Below, piece after piece: positions 41,603-52,508 of a stretch of 64,000 bases of DNA. The translations under genes and the position numbers were made by a program. Each line of letters begins with the position of its first letter. Positions within the stretch are counted from its first letter, which is position 1. The DNA is from an uncultured Alphaproteobacteria bacterium. Lineage in GTDB: Bacteria; Pseudomonadota; Alphaproteobacteria; Rhizobiales; Rhizobiaceae. The notes under the pieces were generated by a model that did no database searches, was not told where the DNA came from, and saw only the letters and a list, made by a program, of their open reading frames with translations. The stretch spans positions 47,984 through 111,983 of the forward strand of contig CAWHHO010000006.1 in the NCBI GenBank assembly GCA_963829135.1, given 5' to 3'.

Positions 41603-42517
41603 ATGACCGAATCCCAGCCCGGCGATACCCATTCCGGCTTTGTCGCGTTGATCGGTGCACCGAACGCCGGCAAATCGACACTCGTCAACCGGCTGGTCGG
41701 TGCGAAAGTGTCGATCGTCACCCACAAAGTCCAAACCACTCGCGCCATCGTGCGTGGCATTGCGACCCATGGTGCAGCACAGATCGTTTTTGTCGACACG
41801 CCCGGCATCTTCAAGCCGCGCCGCCGTCTCGACGAGGCGATGGTAACCACCGCGTGGGGTGGTGCGAAGGATGCCGACGTCATCATGGTGCTGATCGATG
41901 CCGAGCGCGGCTTGCGCGGCGATGCCGAAGCCATGCTGGAAAACCTCAAGAATGTGCGCCAGCCGAAGCTTCTGATCCTCAACAAGATTGATCGCGTCAA
42001 ACCGGAAGCACTGCTTGCCCTGTCAAAGCAGGCCAATGATCACGTGGCCTTTGAGCGTACTTTCATGGTGTCAGCGCTGACCGGGGCCGGCTGCAGCGAC
42101 ATTCTGGACTATCTGGCCGCGTCGCTGCCCTCTGGGCCCTGGTATTATCCGGAGGACCAGCTATCGGACTTGCCGATGCGCCAGCTCGCTGCTGAGATCA
42201 CGCGTGAAAAGCTGTTCCTGCGGCTGCACCAGGAGCTGCCCTATTCCTCGCATGTCGAGACCGAAACGTGGGAGGAAAAGAAAGACGGCTCGGTGCGCAT
42301 CGAGCAGGTTATCTTCGTCGAGCGCGAGAGCCAGAAGAAGATCGTGCTTGGGTCGAAAGGCGAGACAATCCGGGCCATCGGCCAGGCTTCGCGAAAGGAC
42401 CTTTCCGCAATTCTTGAACAGACGGTACACCTCTTCCTGTTCGTAAAGGTACGCGAAAACTGGGGCGACGACCCGGAGCGGTATCGCGAGATGGGATTGG
42501 AGTTCCCGCACCGCTAG
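41603..42517 (+). CDS. era: GTPase Era
   Basis: GAPNAGKS, QTTR, DTPG, NKID, KH domain. Confidence 0.97.
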   Translation: MTESQPGDTHSGFVALIGAPNAGKSTLVNRLVGAKVSIVTHKVQTTRAIVRGIATHGAAQIVFVDTPGIFKPRRRLDEAMVTTAWGGAKDADVIMVLIDAERGLRGDAEAMLENLKNVRQPKLLILNKIDRVKPEALLALSKQANDHVAFERTFMVSALTGAGCSDILDYLAASLPSGPWYYPEDQLSDLPMRQLAAEITREKLFLRLHQELPYSSHVETETWEEKKDGSVRIEQVIFVERESQKKIVLGSKGETIRAIGQASRKDLSAILEQTVHLFLFVKVRENWGDDPERYREMGLEFPHR

Positions 42518-42532
42518 GGAGATCACTGCCAG

Positions 42533-43393
42533 GTGACTCCCACAACGCCTTCCAGCACTGCCAAGGGCATAGCACTGATGACCCTGGTGGGTCTCTGCCT
42601 GCCGGTTGTGGATGGCATAGCCAAGTATTTGAGCGCCAGCTACTCGCCGCTGTTCATTGGGTGGGCGCGCTATGCGGCAGCCTGCATCGTCGTCGTACCT
42701 CTTGTGGCGGTCATGCGCAGGGGCCAAATCTTTCCGCGCGAGAACCGCGCCGCGCACGTGCTGCGCACCGTTGTCCTGGTCACCGCAATGACGCTTTATT
42801 TTCTGGCCATCGCGCGGATTCCACTGGCGACAGCCATCTGCGCCTTTTTCGTCGGCCCGATCATCGCCGTTGCCTTGTCGGTGTTTCTGCTTAAGGAGCG
42901 AATGACAATAGGCAAGGCAGTGAGCTTGGCGCTGGGCTTTGCCGGTTCGGTCGTCATCTTGCGTCCGGATGGATCGATAAACAACGGTGTGCTGCTGGCG
43001 CTGGGCGCCGGCGTCTCCTTTGCTTTCTACATCGTCGCGACCAGGCAGGCCGCGCTGCGGAGCGACCCGGTGAAAACCCTGGCCTTCCAGTGCGTTATCG
43101 GTGCTTTGCTGCTGAGCCCTCAGGCCGCGTGGACCTGGGCAACGCCCGCGTGGAGCGATCTTGCCTTGTTCGCCAGCCTGGGCCTCTTGTCGGCGATCGG
43201 CCACATGCTCGCAATCTCTGCGTTCCGCTTTGCCGATGCCTCGACGCTGTCGCCGCTGGTTTACGTCGAGCTGATTGGCGCGGCGCTGATCGGGTATGTT
43301 GCGTTCAACGAGGTCCCCGATGCCGCAACGTTTGTTGGCGCGTCCTTGATCGTTGGCGCAGGTTTGATGCTGCTTCCGCGCCGTATTCCTTGA
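42533..43393 (+). CDS. DMT/EamA family transporter
   Basis: About ten TM helices with duplicated EamA pattern. Confidence 0.88.
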   Translation: MTPTTPSSTAKGIALMTLVGLCLPVVDGIAKYLSASYSPLFIGWARYAAACIVVVPLVAVMRRGQIFPRENRAAHVLRTVVLVTAMTLYFLAIARIPLATAICAFFVGPIIAVALSVFLLKERMTIGKAVSLALGFAGSVVILRPDGSINNGVLLALGAGVSFAFYIVATRQAALRSDPVKTLAFQCVIGALLLSPQAAWTWATPAWSDLALFASLGLLSAIGHMLAISAFRFADASTLSPLVYVELIGAALIGYVAFNEVPDAATFVGASLIVGAGLMLLPRRIP

Positions 43394-43423
43394 AATCGCT
43401 GAGGTTCCAGCTAAAGCTCCATC

Positions 43424-44179
43424 ATGGAATGGCGCGACGAAGGCATTATCCTCGGCACCCGCCGGCATGGCGAGACCAGCGTCATCCTTGAGGTGATGAC
43501 ACCGGCGCATGGCCGCCATCTCGGCCTTGTGCGCGGCGGGCGTTCGCGCAAGCAACAGCCCGTTCTGCAGGCGGGCAACCGCGTGGATATTCTGTGGCGG
43601 GCGCGGCTCGATGAGCATCTCGGCACATTTCAGGTGGAGGCCGTCGAATCGAACGCCGCGCGGCTGTTCGACAGCGCCGCCGCCGTGTTCGGCCTTCAGA
43701 CAATTGCCGCGCATCTGCGACTGATCCCCGAGCGTGATGTTCACGCGCGGCTCTACGAGGCGCTTGGGCTGCTGGTCGAGCACCTGGACGAGCCCTCGCT
43801 GGCCGGCGAGCTGGTGGCGCGATTCGAGCTTCTGATCCTCGACGAACTGGGCTTCGGCCTCGACCTTAGCCGATGCGCAGCGACCGGTACGCGAACCGAT
43901 CTGGCTTATGTATCGCCAAGGACGGGCAGGGCGGTATCGCGCGGAGCCGGGTCGCGATGGCACGAGAAGATGTTGGCATTGCCCGACTTTCTGGTCGACG
44001 GTCCGATGCGCCGCGGCAATCCGGCTTCTATCGATGATGCGTTTCGATTGACCGGCTTCTTTCTGACGAGGCATGTCTACGAAGCACGGGGCATTTTCGA
44101 ACCCGAGGCGCGAGGCGGCTTCCTGGCGGCATTGCGAAAGATGAATGGCGCTTCTGCGCCCGGGGAAGATGCTGCATGA
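43424..44179 (+). CDS. recO: DNA repair protein RecO
   Basis: [41 protein letters not shown]. Confidence 0.96.
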   Translation: MEWRDEGIILGTRRHGETSVILEVMTPAHGRHLGLVRGGRSRKQQPVLQAGNRVDILWRARLDEHLGTFQVEAVESNAARLFDSAAAVFGLQTIAAHLRLIPERDVHARLYEALGLLVEHLDEPSLAGELVARFELLILDELGFGLDLSRCAATGTRTDLAYVSPRTGRAVSRGAGSRWHEKMLALPDFLVDGPMRRGNPASIDDAFRLTGFFLTRHVYEARGIFEPEARGGFLAALRKMNGASAPGEDAA

Positions 44180-44694
44180 GCGAAGTCGAACTGTTTCCCG
44201 GCCATGTCTCGCGTCTCGGGCTTGGCACGATCCCGTTTGGCGAACTCGCGCGCTACTCCGGCCTCGATCTGTTGAGGCGGCTGATCGCCGGCGAATACCC
44301 CGCGCCGCCGATTGCCGGTGTGCTGAATTTCACGCTGACCGAGGCCGGGCCTGGAAGGGCGGTGTTTCGCGGACTGCCAAACGAGAACCACCTTAACCCG
44401 TTGGGCGGGGTCCATGGCGGCTGGGCCGCGGCGATCATGGATTCGGCGCTGGCATGCGCTGTGCAAACCACGCTTGAGATCGGGGAAGCGTATACGACCG
44501 CCGAGTTCAAGGTGAATCTCGTCCGGCCAATAACGCCGAGGACCGGAGAGGTTGTTTGCGAGGGCCGCGTCGTCCATCGCGGCCGCACGCTCGCGGTCTC
44601 GGAAGCCAGGCTGAAGGACGGTTCCGGCAAGCTTCTGGCCTTCGGCACGGAAACGTGTTCCATCTTCCCATTGGCGAATCCGGCGAGCCGGTAG
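44176..44694 (+). CDS. PaaI family thioesterase
   Basis: [17 protein letters not shown], hotdog-fold pattern. Confidence 0.9.
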   Translation: MSEVELFPGHVSRLGLGTIPFGELARYSGLDLLRRLIAGEYPAPPIAGVLNFTLTEAGPGRAVFRGLPNENHLNPLGGVHGGWAAAIMDSALACAVQTTLEIGEAYTTAEFKVNLVRPITPRTGEVVCEGRVVHRGRTLAVSEARLKDGSGKLLAFGTETCSIFPLANPASR

Positions 44695-44716
44695 CCAATG
44701 TGGGGGCAGGGCGTCA

Positions 44717-47488
44717 ATGTTTGACGGTTTATTCGAGCTCATTAGCCTGGTCGGCATTGTTGTGCTGGTCGTGGTTTTGGTGCGGCAGGAAAACCGTATC
44801 AAATTGCTCGAACGCGAGCTTGGCGCGTTGCGCTCATTCGTGCTGTCGTTCCCCATTCCGGGGTTCACGCAAGCTGTCACACCTGAGAAACTGCTCCAGC
44901 CGCCAGCATCGTCGACGAGCGGGTCGCGGAGGCCGCAGCCGATCTACGCTGCGAACGGGCCCGCCGGCTTGCCGAAAGCCCAAACCAGTCTGCTGGCCGA
45001 GGCAGCACTGGAAACGATCGACGCGCCGCTGATCGCCGACCAAAATCTCGACATGCCCTCAAGCGAGGCGGCGGCCGCCCGTCCGGCTGAGACGGTCGCG
45101 GAGATCGCCGCTGCGGAGAGCGTCCAGCCGAAGCGGGGCGACATCGAAACCGCGCTCGGTACGCGCTGGGCGGTTTGGGTTGGCGGCGTCGCACTGGCGC
45201 TGGGTGGCATCTTCCTCGTTCGCTACACCATCGAGGCGGGGTTCTTCGGACCGGTGATGCGGCTTACGCTCGCAGGCTCGTTCGGCCTGCTGTTGGTCGC
45301 CGTCGGCGAATTCATCCGCCGAACGGGTTTTCGTGTGCCGGTTCAGGGCGCCGCAAGCGCCTATATCCCTGCGATCCTCACCGCCGCCGGCGCGTTCACA
45401 CTGTTCGGCACGGTGTATGCAGCACATGGCATCTACGGCTTCATCGGGCAGACGCCTGCCTTCCTCATGCTTGGGGCCATAGCGCTGGCAACCTTGGCGC
45501 TGGCTCTGATCCATGGCCAGGCGCTAGCCGGTATCGGCCTGCTCGGCTCCCTGGTGACACCGGTTCTGGTATCCTCAGAATCGCCAAAACCGTGGGCGCT
45601 GTTTGGTTATCTGGCGATCGTCCTGGTCGCGACTGTCGGCATTTCGCGTATTCGCAGGTGGCGGTTCCTGGCCTCCGCAGCTTTCGCCGGCATCGGAGCG
45701 TGGACGCTCGTCTATATGGTGGGGATGAACGCCGTCGATCTGACCATCGTGGCCTTCATAAGCGCGGTCGCGCTCGCGTGCCTCGCATTGCTGTGGTGCG
45801 TTGGAAGCGGGGAGGCCGAGCCGGAGATTTTCCCGTCAACAATCCCGGCGTTCTTCATCGGTCTGGTGGCGGTCGCATTGTTGGTCGATCCGTTGTTCCA
45901 GATGGATGGCGGTGCGTGGCCCGGCACAACGTTAATGATTGCCATGGTCGCCATTGCGGTCTGGCGAACCGAAACCCTGGCGCTGTTGTTCGGCGCCGGC
46001 ATTTTCACAAGCCTGGCCTTTGTCCGGCTGGGTTTCGTCGGCGCATTTAATGTCGCGCTGATGGGCGAGGTGATTTCGGTGGACGGCGTCCCGGTCGCCT
46101 TGTCCATCGATGTCCTGTTCTTCCCTGGAATCGCACTGGCACTTGCTTTCCTCGTCGTCGGACTTTGGCAGGCGCGCGCCTTGGCACCGTCCGCAGGCTT
46201 CCGTACCACAAGCTGGGCGGGGTTCGCCGTTATCGTGCCGCTTGTCGTGGTTTGCGCGCTGTGGCTCCAGCTCGGCGATCCCAATATCGACCTGCGCTAC
46301 GCGTTTGCGGCCGTTGCGCTCACCGCTGTTTTTGCCGTTGGCGCCGAAGCAGTCGCTCGTGTCGAAGAGCCACCATTGAAGGGCGGACCGGCGGTTTCGA
46401 TCCTGCTAGCGGGCGCGGGCGCGGCACTCGTCGCGGCGATCCACATGACGTTCGGGCCTGCTCTGACAACGATCCTGGTGGGCGCGGCAGCGATCATTCC
46501 GGCCCTGGCGACGCGTTGGCGCAGCTATCCGGCTCTTGGGTGGTTGTCGGTTGCTGCGGTGGTAGTCGTGCTTGTCCGCGCCGCGATTGATCCGACCATT
46601 GTCGGCGCGCAGGAACTCGGAAAAACACCCGTTTTCAATGCGCTGCTGGCCGGCTACGGCATCCCGGCGCTGGCTTTCGCTTTCTCGGCCTGGCAGCTTG
46701 CGCGAACCACAGCGGGTCGACCGCGACTTGCCATGGAGGCATCGGCGGTCTTCTTCGCACTGCTGACGCTCGCGATGCTGATACGCCACGCCATGCATGG
46801 CGGCGTGATTGATTCAAGCGATCCGACGCTCGCCGAACAGGCAATCTATACGCTGATCGGGTTTGCCGCGGGCGCAATCCTGATTTCGCTCGATCTTCGC
46901 TCGCCGAGTTCCGTGCTGCGCTTCGGATCGTTGGCGATCGGCGTGCTGTCGGTCGCGGCAATCGTCGTGCAGCATTTTGCCGTGCTGAACCCGCTGTTCA
47001 CCAACGAATCGACCGGCCAGATTCCGGTCTTCAACCTGCTGCTCCTTGCCTATCTGCTACCGGCGATCGCCGCCGCGGCACTGGCGCTTTATGCGCGCGG
47101 CAGGCGTCCGCAATGGTATTCGGCCATGCTGGCGATCACGGCTTCGGTCTTGGCTTTCACATATGCGACTTTCTCGGTGCGGCGGCTGTTCAAGGGCGAG
47201 TACATCGCGGCCTGGAAGGGTCTCGAGCCGCTTGAGACTTATTCATACTCGGCACTTTGGCTCGCAATGGGTGTCGGATTGCTGGTCATTGGGGTGCGAT
47301 CCGGCTCGTTCGTTGTCCGCACCGTATCGGCGGTGGTGATCGCCGCAACTGTGGCCAAGGTCTTCCTCTTCGACATGTCCGAACTGGAGGGCGTGCTTCG
47401 GGCGCTATCCTTTATTGGCCTCGGCGCGGTGCTGATCGGTATCGGGCTGTTCTACCAACGGCTGCTGACCAGGTCCGCTGCAAGATAA
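44717..47488 (+). CDS. DUF2339 family multi-pass membrane protein
   Basis: ETALGTRWAVWVGG, C-terminal KVFLFDMSEL.G..RALSF. Confidence 0.88.
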   Translation: MFDGLFELISLVGIVVLVVVLVRQENRIKLLERELGALRSFVLSFPIPGFTQAVTPEKLLQPPASSTSGSRRPQPIYAANGPAGLPKAQTSLLAEAALETIDAPLIADQNLDMPSSEAAAARPAETVAEIAAAESVQPKRGDIETALGTRWAVWVGGVALALGGIFLVRYTIEAGFFGPVMRLTLAGSFGLLLVAVGEFIRRTGFRVPVQGAASAYIPAILTAAGAFTLFGTVYAAHGIYGFIGQTPAFLMLGAIALATLALALIHGQALAGIGLLGSLVTPVLVSSESPKPWALFGYLAIVLVATVGISRIRRWRFLASAAFAGIGAWTLVYMVGMNAVDLTIVAFISAVALACLALLWCVGSGEAEPEIFPSTIPAFFIGLVAVALLVDPLFQMDGGAWPGTTLMIAMVAIAVWRTETLALLFGAGIFTSLAFVRLGFVGAFNVALMGEVISVDGVPVALSIDVLFFPGIALALAFLVVGLWQARALAPSAGFRTTSWAGFAVIVPLVVVCALWLQLGDPNIDLRYAFAAVALTAVFAVGAEAVARVEEPPLKGGPAVSILLAGAGAALVAAIHMTFGPALTTILVGAAAIIPALATRWRSYPALGWLSVAAVVVVLVRAAIDPTIVGAQELGKTPVFNALLAGYGIPALAFAFSAWQLARTTAGRPRLAMEASAVFFALLTLAMLIRHAMHGGVIDSSDPTLAEQAIYTLIGFAAGAILISLDLRSPSSVLRFGSLAIGVLSVAAIVVQHFAVLNPLFTNESTGQIPVFNLLLLAYLLPAIAAAALALYARGRRPQWYSAMLAITASVLAFTYATFSVRRLFKGEYIAAWKGLEPLETYSYSALWLAMGVGLLVIGVRSGSFVVRTVSAVVIAATVAKVFLFDMSELEGVLRALSFIGLGAVLIGIGLFYQRLLTRSAAR

Positions 47489-47652
47489 GGCAACGCGCCT
47501 GGGTCCAGGATTTTCGGCCGTGCCGGTCGGCTCCAATATGGGATGCGGCGATTGACGGTTGTCCGGCAGCCTGCGCATTCTTTTGAAACCAAAGGAAGAA
47601 TCCAGCTCCCGCTATCGTTTACCGTGTGACATGGAGCACGCAGGCGTCTCGC

Positions 47653-48171
47653 ATGGATGACAGGCGCAGGGCAATCCTGGAAGAAATTCCGCGGCTGCGG
47701 CGATATGCGCGCGGGTTGCTGCGCGATCCCGACCGCGCGGACGATCTCGTCCAGGACTGTCTCGAACGCGCACTGCTGCGTCTCGACAATTGGAGCACGG
47801 GCGAAAGTCCGCGCAAATGGCTGTTCACGATCATGCATCACATTTTTGTAGACCAGATGCGGAAGGGAAAGAGGCGTGGTGAAAACTCGATTCTGACGCT
47901 GGAGAGCCACGAGGCTCTGTCGGTTGCCTCCGTGCAGACCGAGGATGCCGCCTCGCGGGAAGTTCTTCAGGCGTTGCAGGCAATCAATCCGGAGCGTCGC
48001 GCGGCCATCATGATGGTTTCCGTCGAAGGATTCTCTTATGCCGAGGCGTCGGCGATCCTTGGGGTTCCTGCCGGAACGTTGATGTCGCGCATCGCGCGAG
48101 GGCGCGACGATCTTCGGGCGCTCCTCGATGACGGCGCACGGCGTCGGGCAATACGGGTGGTCCAGCCATGA
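47653..48171 (+). CDS. ECF RNA polymerase sigma factor
   Basis: PRLRRYAR, ADDLVQD, WLFTIM, region 4 GFSYAEAS.ILGVPAGTLMSRIARGR. Confidence 0.92.
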   Translation: MDDRRRAILEEIPRLRRYARGLLRDPDRADDLVQDCLERALLRLDNWSTGESPRKWLFTIMHHIFVDQMRKGKRRGENSILTLESHEALSVASVQTEDAASREVLQALQAINPERRAAIMMVSVEGFSYAEASAILGVPAGTLMSRIARGRDDLRALLDDGARRRAIRVVQP

Positions 48172-48962
48172 CCGCGCGCGACTTCAACGAACGTGACATC
48201 CATCTGGCGCTCGATGGGGAGTTGCCGGAGGACGACCGCGCCGCATACGAGGCCTGGCTAGCGGCGCACCCGGAGATGAACGCGCGGGCAGCGCGTTATT
48301 CTCAGGATCTTGCACTACTGCGCGACTCGGTGTCGGATGTCGCGAATGAGCCAATTCCCGACAGACTTACCCGCAGTCTTGATGCCCGTGTGGCAGTTCG
48401 GTCAAGAGCGGTGCCTCCTAACCGCTGGTGGATGGCCGCCGCCGCTTCGCTGTTGATCGCGGTAGGTGTTGCGGGCGGCTATCTGCTCGGCGCTTCCGGC
48501 TGGTTGCGGGTCGATCCGCAATCGATCCAACTCGCTGACAGTGCAATCGCCGCGCACAATATCTACGCCGCCGAGAAGTTGCATGTCGTTGAGGTCGGCG
48601 CTGACCAGAGGGATCATCTGCAGCGCTGGCTGTCGAAGCGGCTCGATCTGGCCCTGGTTGCGCCCGATCTGTCGGCGAAGGGCTACCATCTGATCGGTGG
48701 ACGGCTTTTGCCTTCCGGTACGAAGTCAGCTGCGCAGTTGATGTATGAGGATGCCTCGGGGAATCGTGTGTCGCTCTATGTGGCGCGCGAGAGCGCCCAG
48801 CACGAAACCGGCTTCCGCTTTGTCGAGGAAGGCGGCACCCGCTCGGTCTTCTGGCTCGAACAAAACTATGGTTGTGCAGTCACGGGCACCGTCGCCGACA
48901 GCACACTCTCCGGGCTCGCGGATGACGCGTACCGGCAGCTGCTCAAGGGGTTTGAGGGGTAG
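48168..48962 (+). CDS. Transmembrane anti-sigma factor
   Basis: ATGA-coupled to sigma; LDGEL, TM helix, HL.RWLSKRL, L.GGRLL, AQLMYE. Confidence 0.88.
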   Translation: MTARDFNERDIHLALDGELPEDDRAAYEAWLAAHPEMNARAARYSQDLALLRDSVSDVANEPIPDRLTRSLDARVAVRSRAVPPNRWWMAAAASLLIAVGVAGGYLLGASGWLRVDPQSIQLADSAIAAHNIYAAEKLHVVEVGADQRDHLQRWLSKRLDLALVAPDLSAKGYHLIGGRLLPSGTKSAAQLMYEDASGNRVSLYVARESAQHETGFRFVEEGGTRSVFWLEQNYGCAVTGTVADSTLSGLADDAYRQLLKGFEG

Positions 48963-48972
48963 GCGCTGGTTT

Positions 48973-49124
48973 CCCTCCCCCTTGAGGGGAGGGTGGCCCG
49001 AAGGGCCGGGTGGGGTTGGTGCGGCAGCGCGTCAACCCGGAGTGAGAGAATAGGCGTCGAGTTCTGCCGTGACGACCCCACCCGCCTCGCTTCGCTCCGC
49101 ACCCTCCCCTCAAGGGGGGAGGGG
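48973..49124. repeat. ~150 bp intergenic palindromic (REP/RIME-like) element
   Basis: Left CCCTCCCCCTTGAGGGGAGGGTGGCCCGAAGGGCCGGGTGGGGT and inverted right ACCCCACCCG..CACCCTCCCCTCAAGGGGGGAGGG. Confidence 0.85.
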
Positions 49125-49243
49125 GTCCCGCACCCAGTCACAATTCAGCCTGATTTGCGGCGCGAAACCGCGTTCCTGCGGCCGTCGAATCGTGCTCGGC
49201 GCGCCGCCCGCTCCACACCGCGACAGAGGTTCTCCCGGCTCGC

Positions 49244-49720
49244 ATGTCTCTCGAAATCCGCTTTGCCTGCACCGCCGACCTCGACGCTCTTGTGGCGATC
49301 GAAGATGCCGTGTTCCATGCGGATCGCCTGTCGCGTACCGGCTATCGCCGGCTGATCGCCCGCTCCAGCGCCTCTGTGCTCATCGCCGACGACAACGGCG
49401 CTGTTGCGGGCTGCGCGGTTATTCTGTTTCGGGCGCTGAGCCGCAAGGCGAGGCTCTATTCAATCGCCGCGGCACCGGGCCGGAAAGGCGTTGGCCGTCT
49501 ACTGCTCGAGGGTGCGGAAGTGGCGGCGCGCCAGCGCGGCGCGTCGGCAATGCGGCTCGAAGTGCGCGAGGACAATCTCCGCGCAATCCACCTCTACGAG
49601 AGTGCCGGTTATCGGGTGTTCGGCAGAAAGCCACACTACTACGCCGATGACGCGGCAGCGATACGCTTCGAGAAGGCGTTCCAAGAGACCGCCGGGCCGC
49701 CTGGAACATCGCCGCAATGA
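49244..49720 (+). CDS. RimI-like GNAT acetyltransferase
   Basis: RLYSIA, GRKGVGR.LL, RLEVREDN..AI.LYE..GY, YY.D. Confidence 0.88.
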   Translation: MSLEIRFACTADLDALVAIEDAVFHADRLSRTGYRRLIARSSASVLIADDNGAVAGCAVILFRALSRKARLYSIAAAPGRKGVGRLLLEGAEVAARQRGASAMRLEVREDNLRAIHLYESAGYRVFGRKPHYYADDAAAIRFEKAFQETAGPPGTSPQ

Positions 49721-49781
49721 AAATGTTGTTCGTCGCCTTGTCTCAACGCGCTGACCGGCGCGCAAGCAAACGGAATTGCCG

Positions 49782-51246
49782 ATGACCTGGGTCATCCTGA
49801 CCGGCCGCAACAGTGATCTTGGGCAGGTCGACACGCCGCACAAGATCATCACCAACCGCGATTACCTCGCCCACCCGGCGCTGTTTCGCGGACAGCGGCC
49901 GAAACTGATCAACTTGTCCAGCAATTACGCCTACCAGAGCCGGGGCTACTATGCGTCGCTGCTGGCCGGCTCGCGCGGCCATAAGGTCGTGCCGACGGTC
50001 GAGACGATGATCGACCTGTCGGAACGCAAGCTCTACGAAAATGCATTGCCGGAACTCGAGGTTGCACTGAACAAGTGCCGCAAGGAGCTTGGCGGCGGGT
50101 TCCCCGTAAAGGTCGTTTTCTATTTCGGCATCGGTCCTTCAAGGGCTTGGGACCGTTTCGCAAAGCTGCTGTTCGACTGGTTTCGAGCCCCGGCGCTCGA
50201 AGTGTCGATAAAGGACAGCCAGAACTGGGCGTCGATCCAGAAGATCGCATTGTTTTCGCTCAGCCGGATACAACCGGAAGATAAGCCGCGGTTTCTGTCC
50301 AGCCTCGAAGCATATACCAGCCGCGAATGGCGAGACACCAAGGCGCGCATGCCATCGCGATACAGTTTTGCTACGCTGGTCGATCCGAACGAGGAACTGC
50401 CGCCGTCCGAGATCGCTTCGCTACGCCACTGGGCGCGCATTGCCGAGAAGATGGGCGTGGAAGTCGAACCGATCACTAGACGCGACCTGGCCAAGCTCGC
50501 AAACTACGATGCGCTCTTTATCCGCGAGACGACGACGATCTCGAACCACACCTACCGTTTTGCCCGGCGTGCCCAGCAGGAAGGGATGCCGGTAATCGAC
50601 GATCCACTGTCGATGATCCGTTGCACCAACAAGGTCTATCTGAACGAGTTGATGGCCTTCAACAATGTGCCGGTGCCGCCCACCGTGATGATCGCCGGGC
50701 CGTCGGATTTCCAGGTCGCCGCCGATGTGCTGGGTTTTCCGCTGGTGCTGAAGATCCCGGACAGTTCGTTCTCGCGCGGAAGTCAAGAAGGCGTCGAATT
50801 TTGAGGAGTTGAAGACGCTTGCCGAGCAATGGCTGGAAGATTCGGACCTGTTGATCGCCCAGAAGTTCATACCGACACAATATGATTGGCGCGTCGGCGT
50901 GCTTGGCGGCCAGCCGCTGTTCGCCGTGCATTATCTCATGGCCAAGCAGCATTGGCAGATTGTCAATCACAAGGCCAACGGCAAACCGGACCAGGGCGGC
51001 ATCAAGACCTTCACCCTTAAGGAAGCACCGGCGCATGTCGTGGAGACAGCTGTCAAGGCGGCGCGCTGCATCGGCGACGGGCTTTATGGTGTCGACCTGA
51101 AAGAAACCAAGGATGGCGTGTTCGTCATCGAGGTCAACGACAACCCCAACCTGGATCACGGATGCGAAGACACCGGTGAGAAGGACGAGGTGTGGGTGCG
51201 GTTGACGCAATGGTTCCTCGACCGGCTGGAACGACAGGGGCGGTAG
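49782..51246 (+). CDS. RimK-family ATP-grasp ligase with RimK-like N-terminal domain; frameshift at ~50780
   Basis: INL...Y.YQSRGYYASLLA..RGH, DALFIRET, CTNKVYL, LKIPDSSFS, DWRVGVL, GVDLK, IEVNDNP. Confidence 0.9.
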
Positions 51247-51360
51247 AACCGCTCCCACGGCTCTCCACTCCCAAACCGCTGTTACAATCGGTACAATTCA
51301 TTACGGTCAGCGACATCGTCCGCATTCGCGGTGCGAATAGCGTGACCGGTCATCACATGG

Positions 51361-52425
51361 ATGGCCGGAGGCAAGTGGATGATCAGGTTTTCGGAGGTTT
51401 TCCGCTGTGCGGGTGTCGATCACGACACGCGCCACCTTGGCATGGTCATCGCCAACAAGGGCGAGAACTTAGTCGGCGTGGTGCACGACAACCTGAAGAT
51501 CAAGGTTTATGCCAACACATCGGCGCTTACGGTTGACGAGCCGGCCTACGAGCCGATCATGCGGCAACGAATAAACCTGAACATCGATCTGTCGCAGCCG
51601 AGCGTCGACAAGGGGTACCGGGATGCCTACATGCCGGACACCTACTTCAATGACACAAGGGTGTTTCGCGTCAAGGCCAGCCGCCGCCTCGATTTCAACA
51701 GCGGCGCCAAGATCATCGTGGCAGTGGACGGCAAGAAGAAGGCGGAGATGCCGGTGGTCGTGCTAGACCCGATGCCGCTCAAAGTTGCCATCTGCGACGT
51801 CAAAGTGCCGGACGGCAAAGGCGGATTCCGGCTTCATGGCTCGAAATCGGTGGACGCGACGAAAGAGTTGAAGATCGTCAACGGGATCTGGACGCCGCAG
51901 ACACAGATCGTTTTCGAGCAGGTAGCGGCCCAACCGGTTACTATCGACGACCGCGACCCAAAAGTGCGGGCATTGATCGCCAAGTGCCTGGACATCAAGG
52001 ACCCGCAATTCGCTAACTTCAATTCCGTGGTTGAACCGTCGAAGATTGCGCAGCTCTTTGCGTCGCATCGTGTGCCCGGGGCCGATGTCACGGTGTTTTA
52101 TGTTGACAAGGTGAAGGGCAGCGATGGCCGGATCGTCAACGGCAACACGCAGTCGCCGCATGGGATGATTTTCATGTCTGCCGTAAACGCACACTCGACA
52201 CTTGCGCACGAACTCGGTCATTATTTTGGAGGGAAGCGCAACAAGGGAATCTGGGACGGGTTCGCCCACACCCATGATTACGAGCCGTACCAGAAGGGCC
52301 GCGAACCCAAACTGTCGGACGAGGACTATCGCATGCTGATGCGCGACGGCGGCGCGGGCTACAAGATACCGTTCGACCTCGTCGACGATTTCCGCGATTT
52401 CAAGCGCGATTTCGCGAAGAAATAG
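51361..52425 (+). CDS. Hypothetical protein with zinc-metallopeptidase motif
   Basis: TLAHELGHYFG motif, later H and MLM (possible Met-turn). Confidence 0.65.
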   Translation: MAGGKWMIRFSEVFRCAGVDHDTRHLGMVIANKGENLVGVVHDNLKIKVYANTSALTVDEPAYEPIMRQRINLNIDLSQPSVDKGYRDAYMPDTYFNDTRVFRVKASRRLDFNSGAKIIVAVDGKKKAEMPVVVLDPMPLKVAICDVKVPDGKGGFRLHGSKSVDATKELKIVNGIWTPQTQIVFEQVAAQPVTIDDRDPKVRALIAKCLDIKDPQFANFNSVVEPSKIAQLFASHRVPGADVTVFYVDKVKGSDGRIVNGNTQSPHGMIFMSAVNAHSTLAHELGHYFGGKRNKGIWDGFAHTHDYEPYQKGREPKLSDEDYRMLMRDGGAGYKIPFDLVDDFRDFKRDFAKK

Positions 52426-52508
52426 CCCGGATCTGGCGGGGACGGTTTCATAGCCTCCAACCACCGGCGCAAGCTTCGCAATCGATTTCACGATCCCTTC
52501 GAAAACAT

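Noticed and set aside
42161-44074. 637 aa antisense ORF
   Set aside because: Shadow of era, DMT and recO in GC-rich DNA; no motifs
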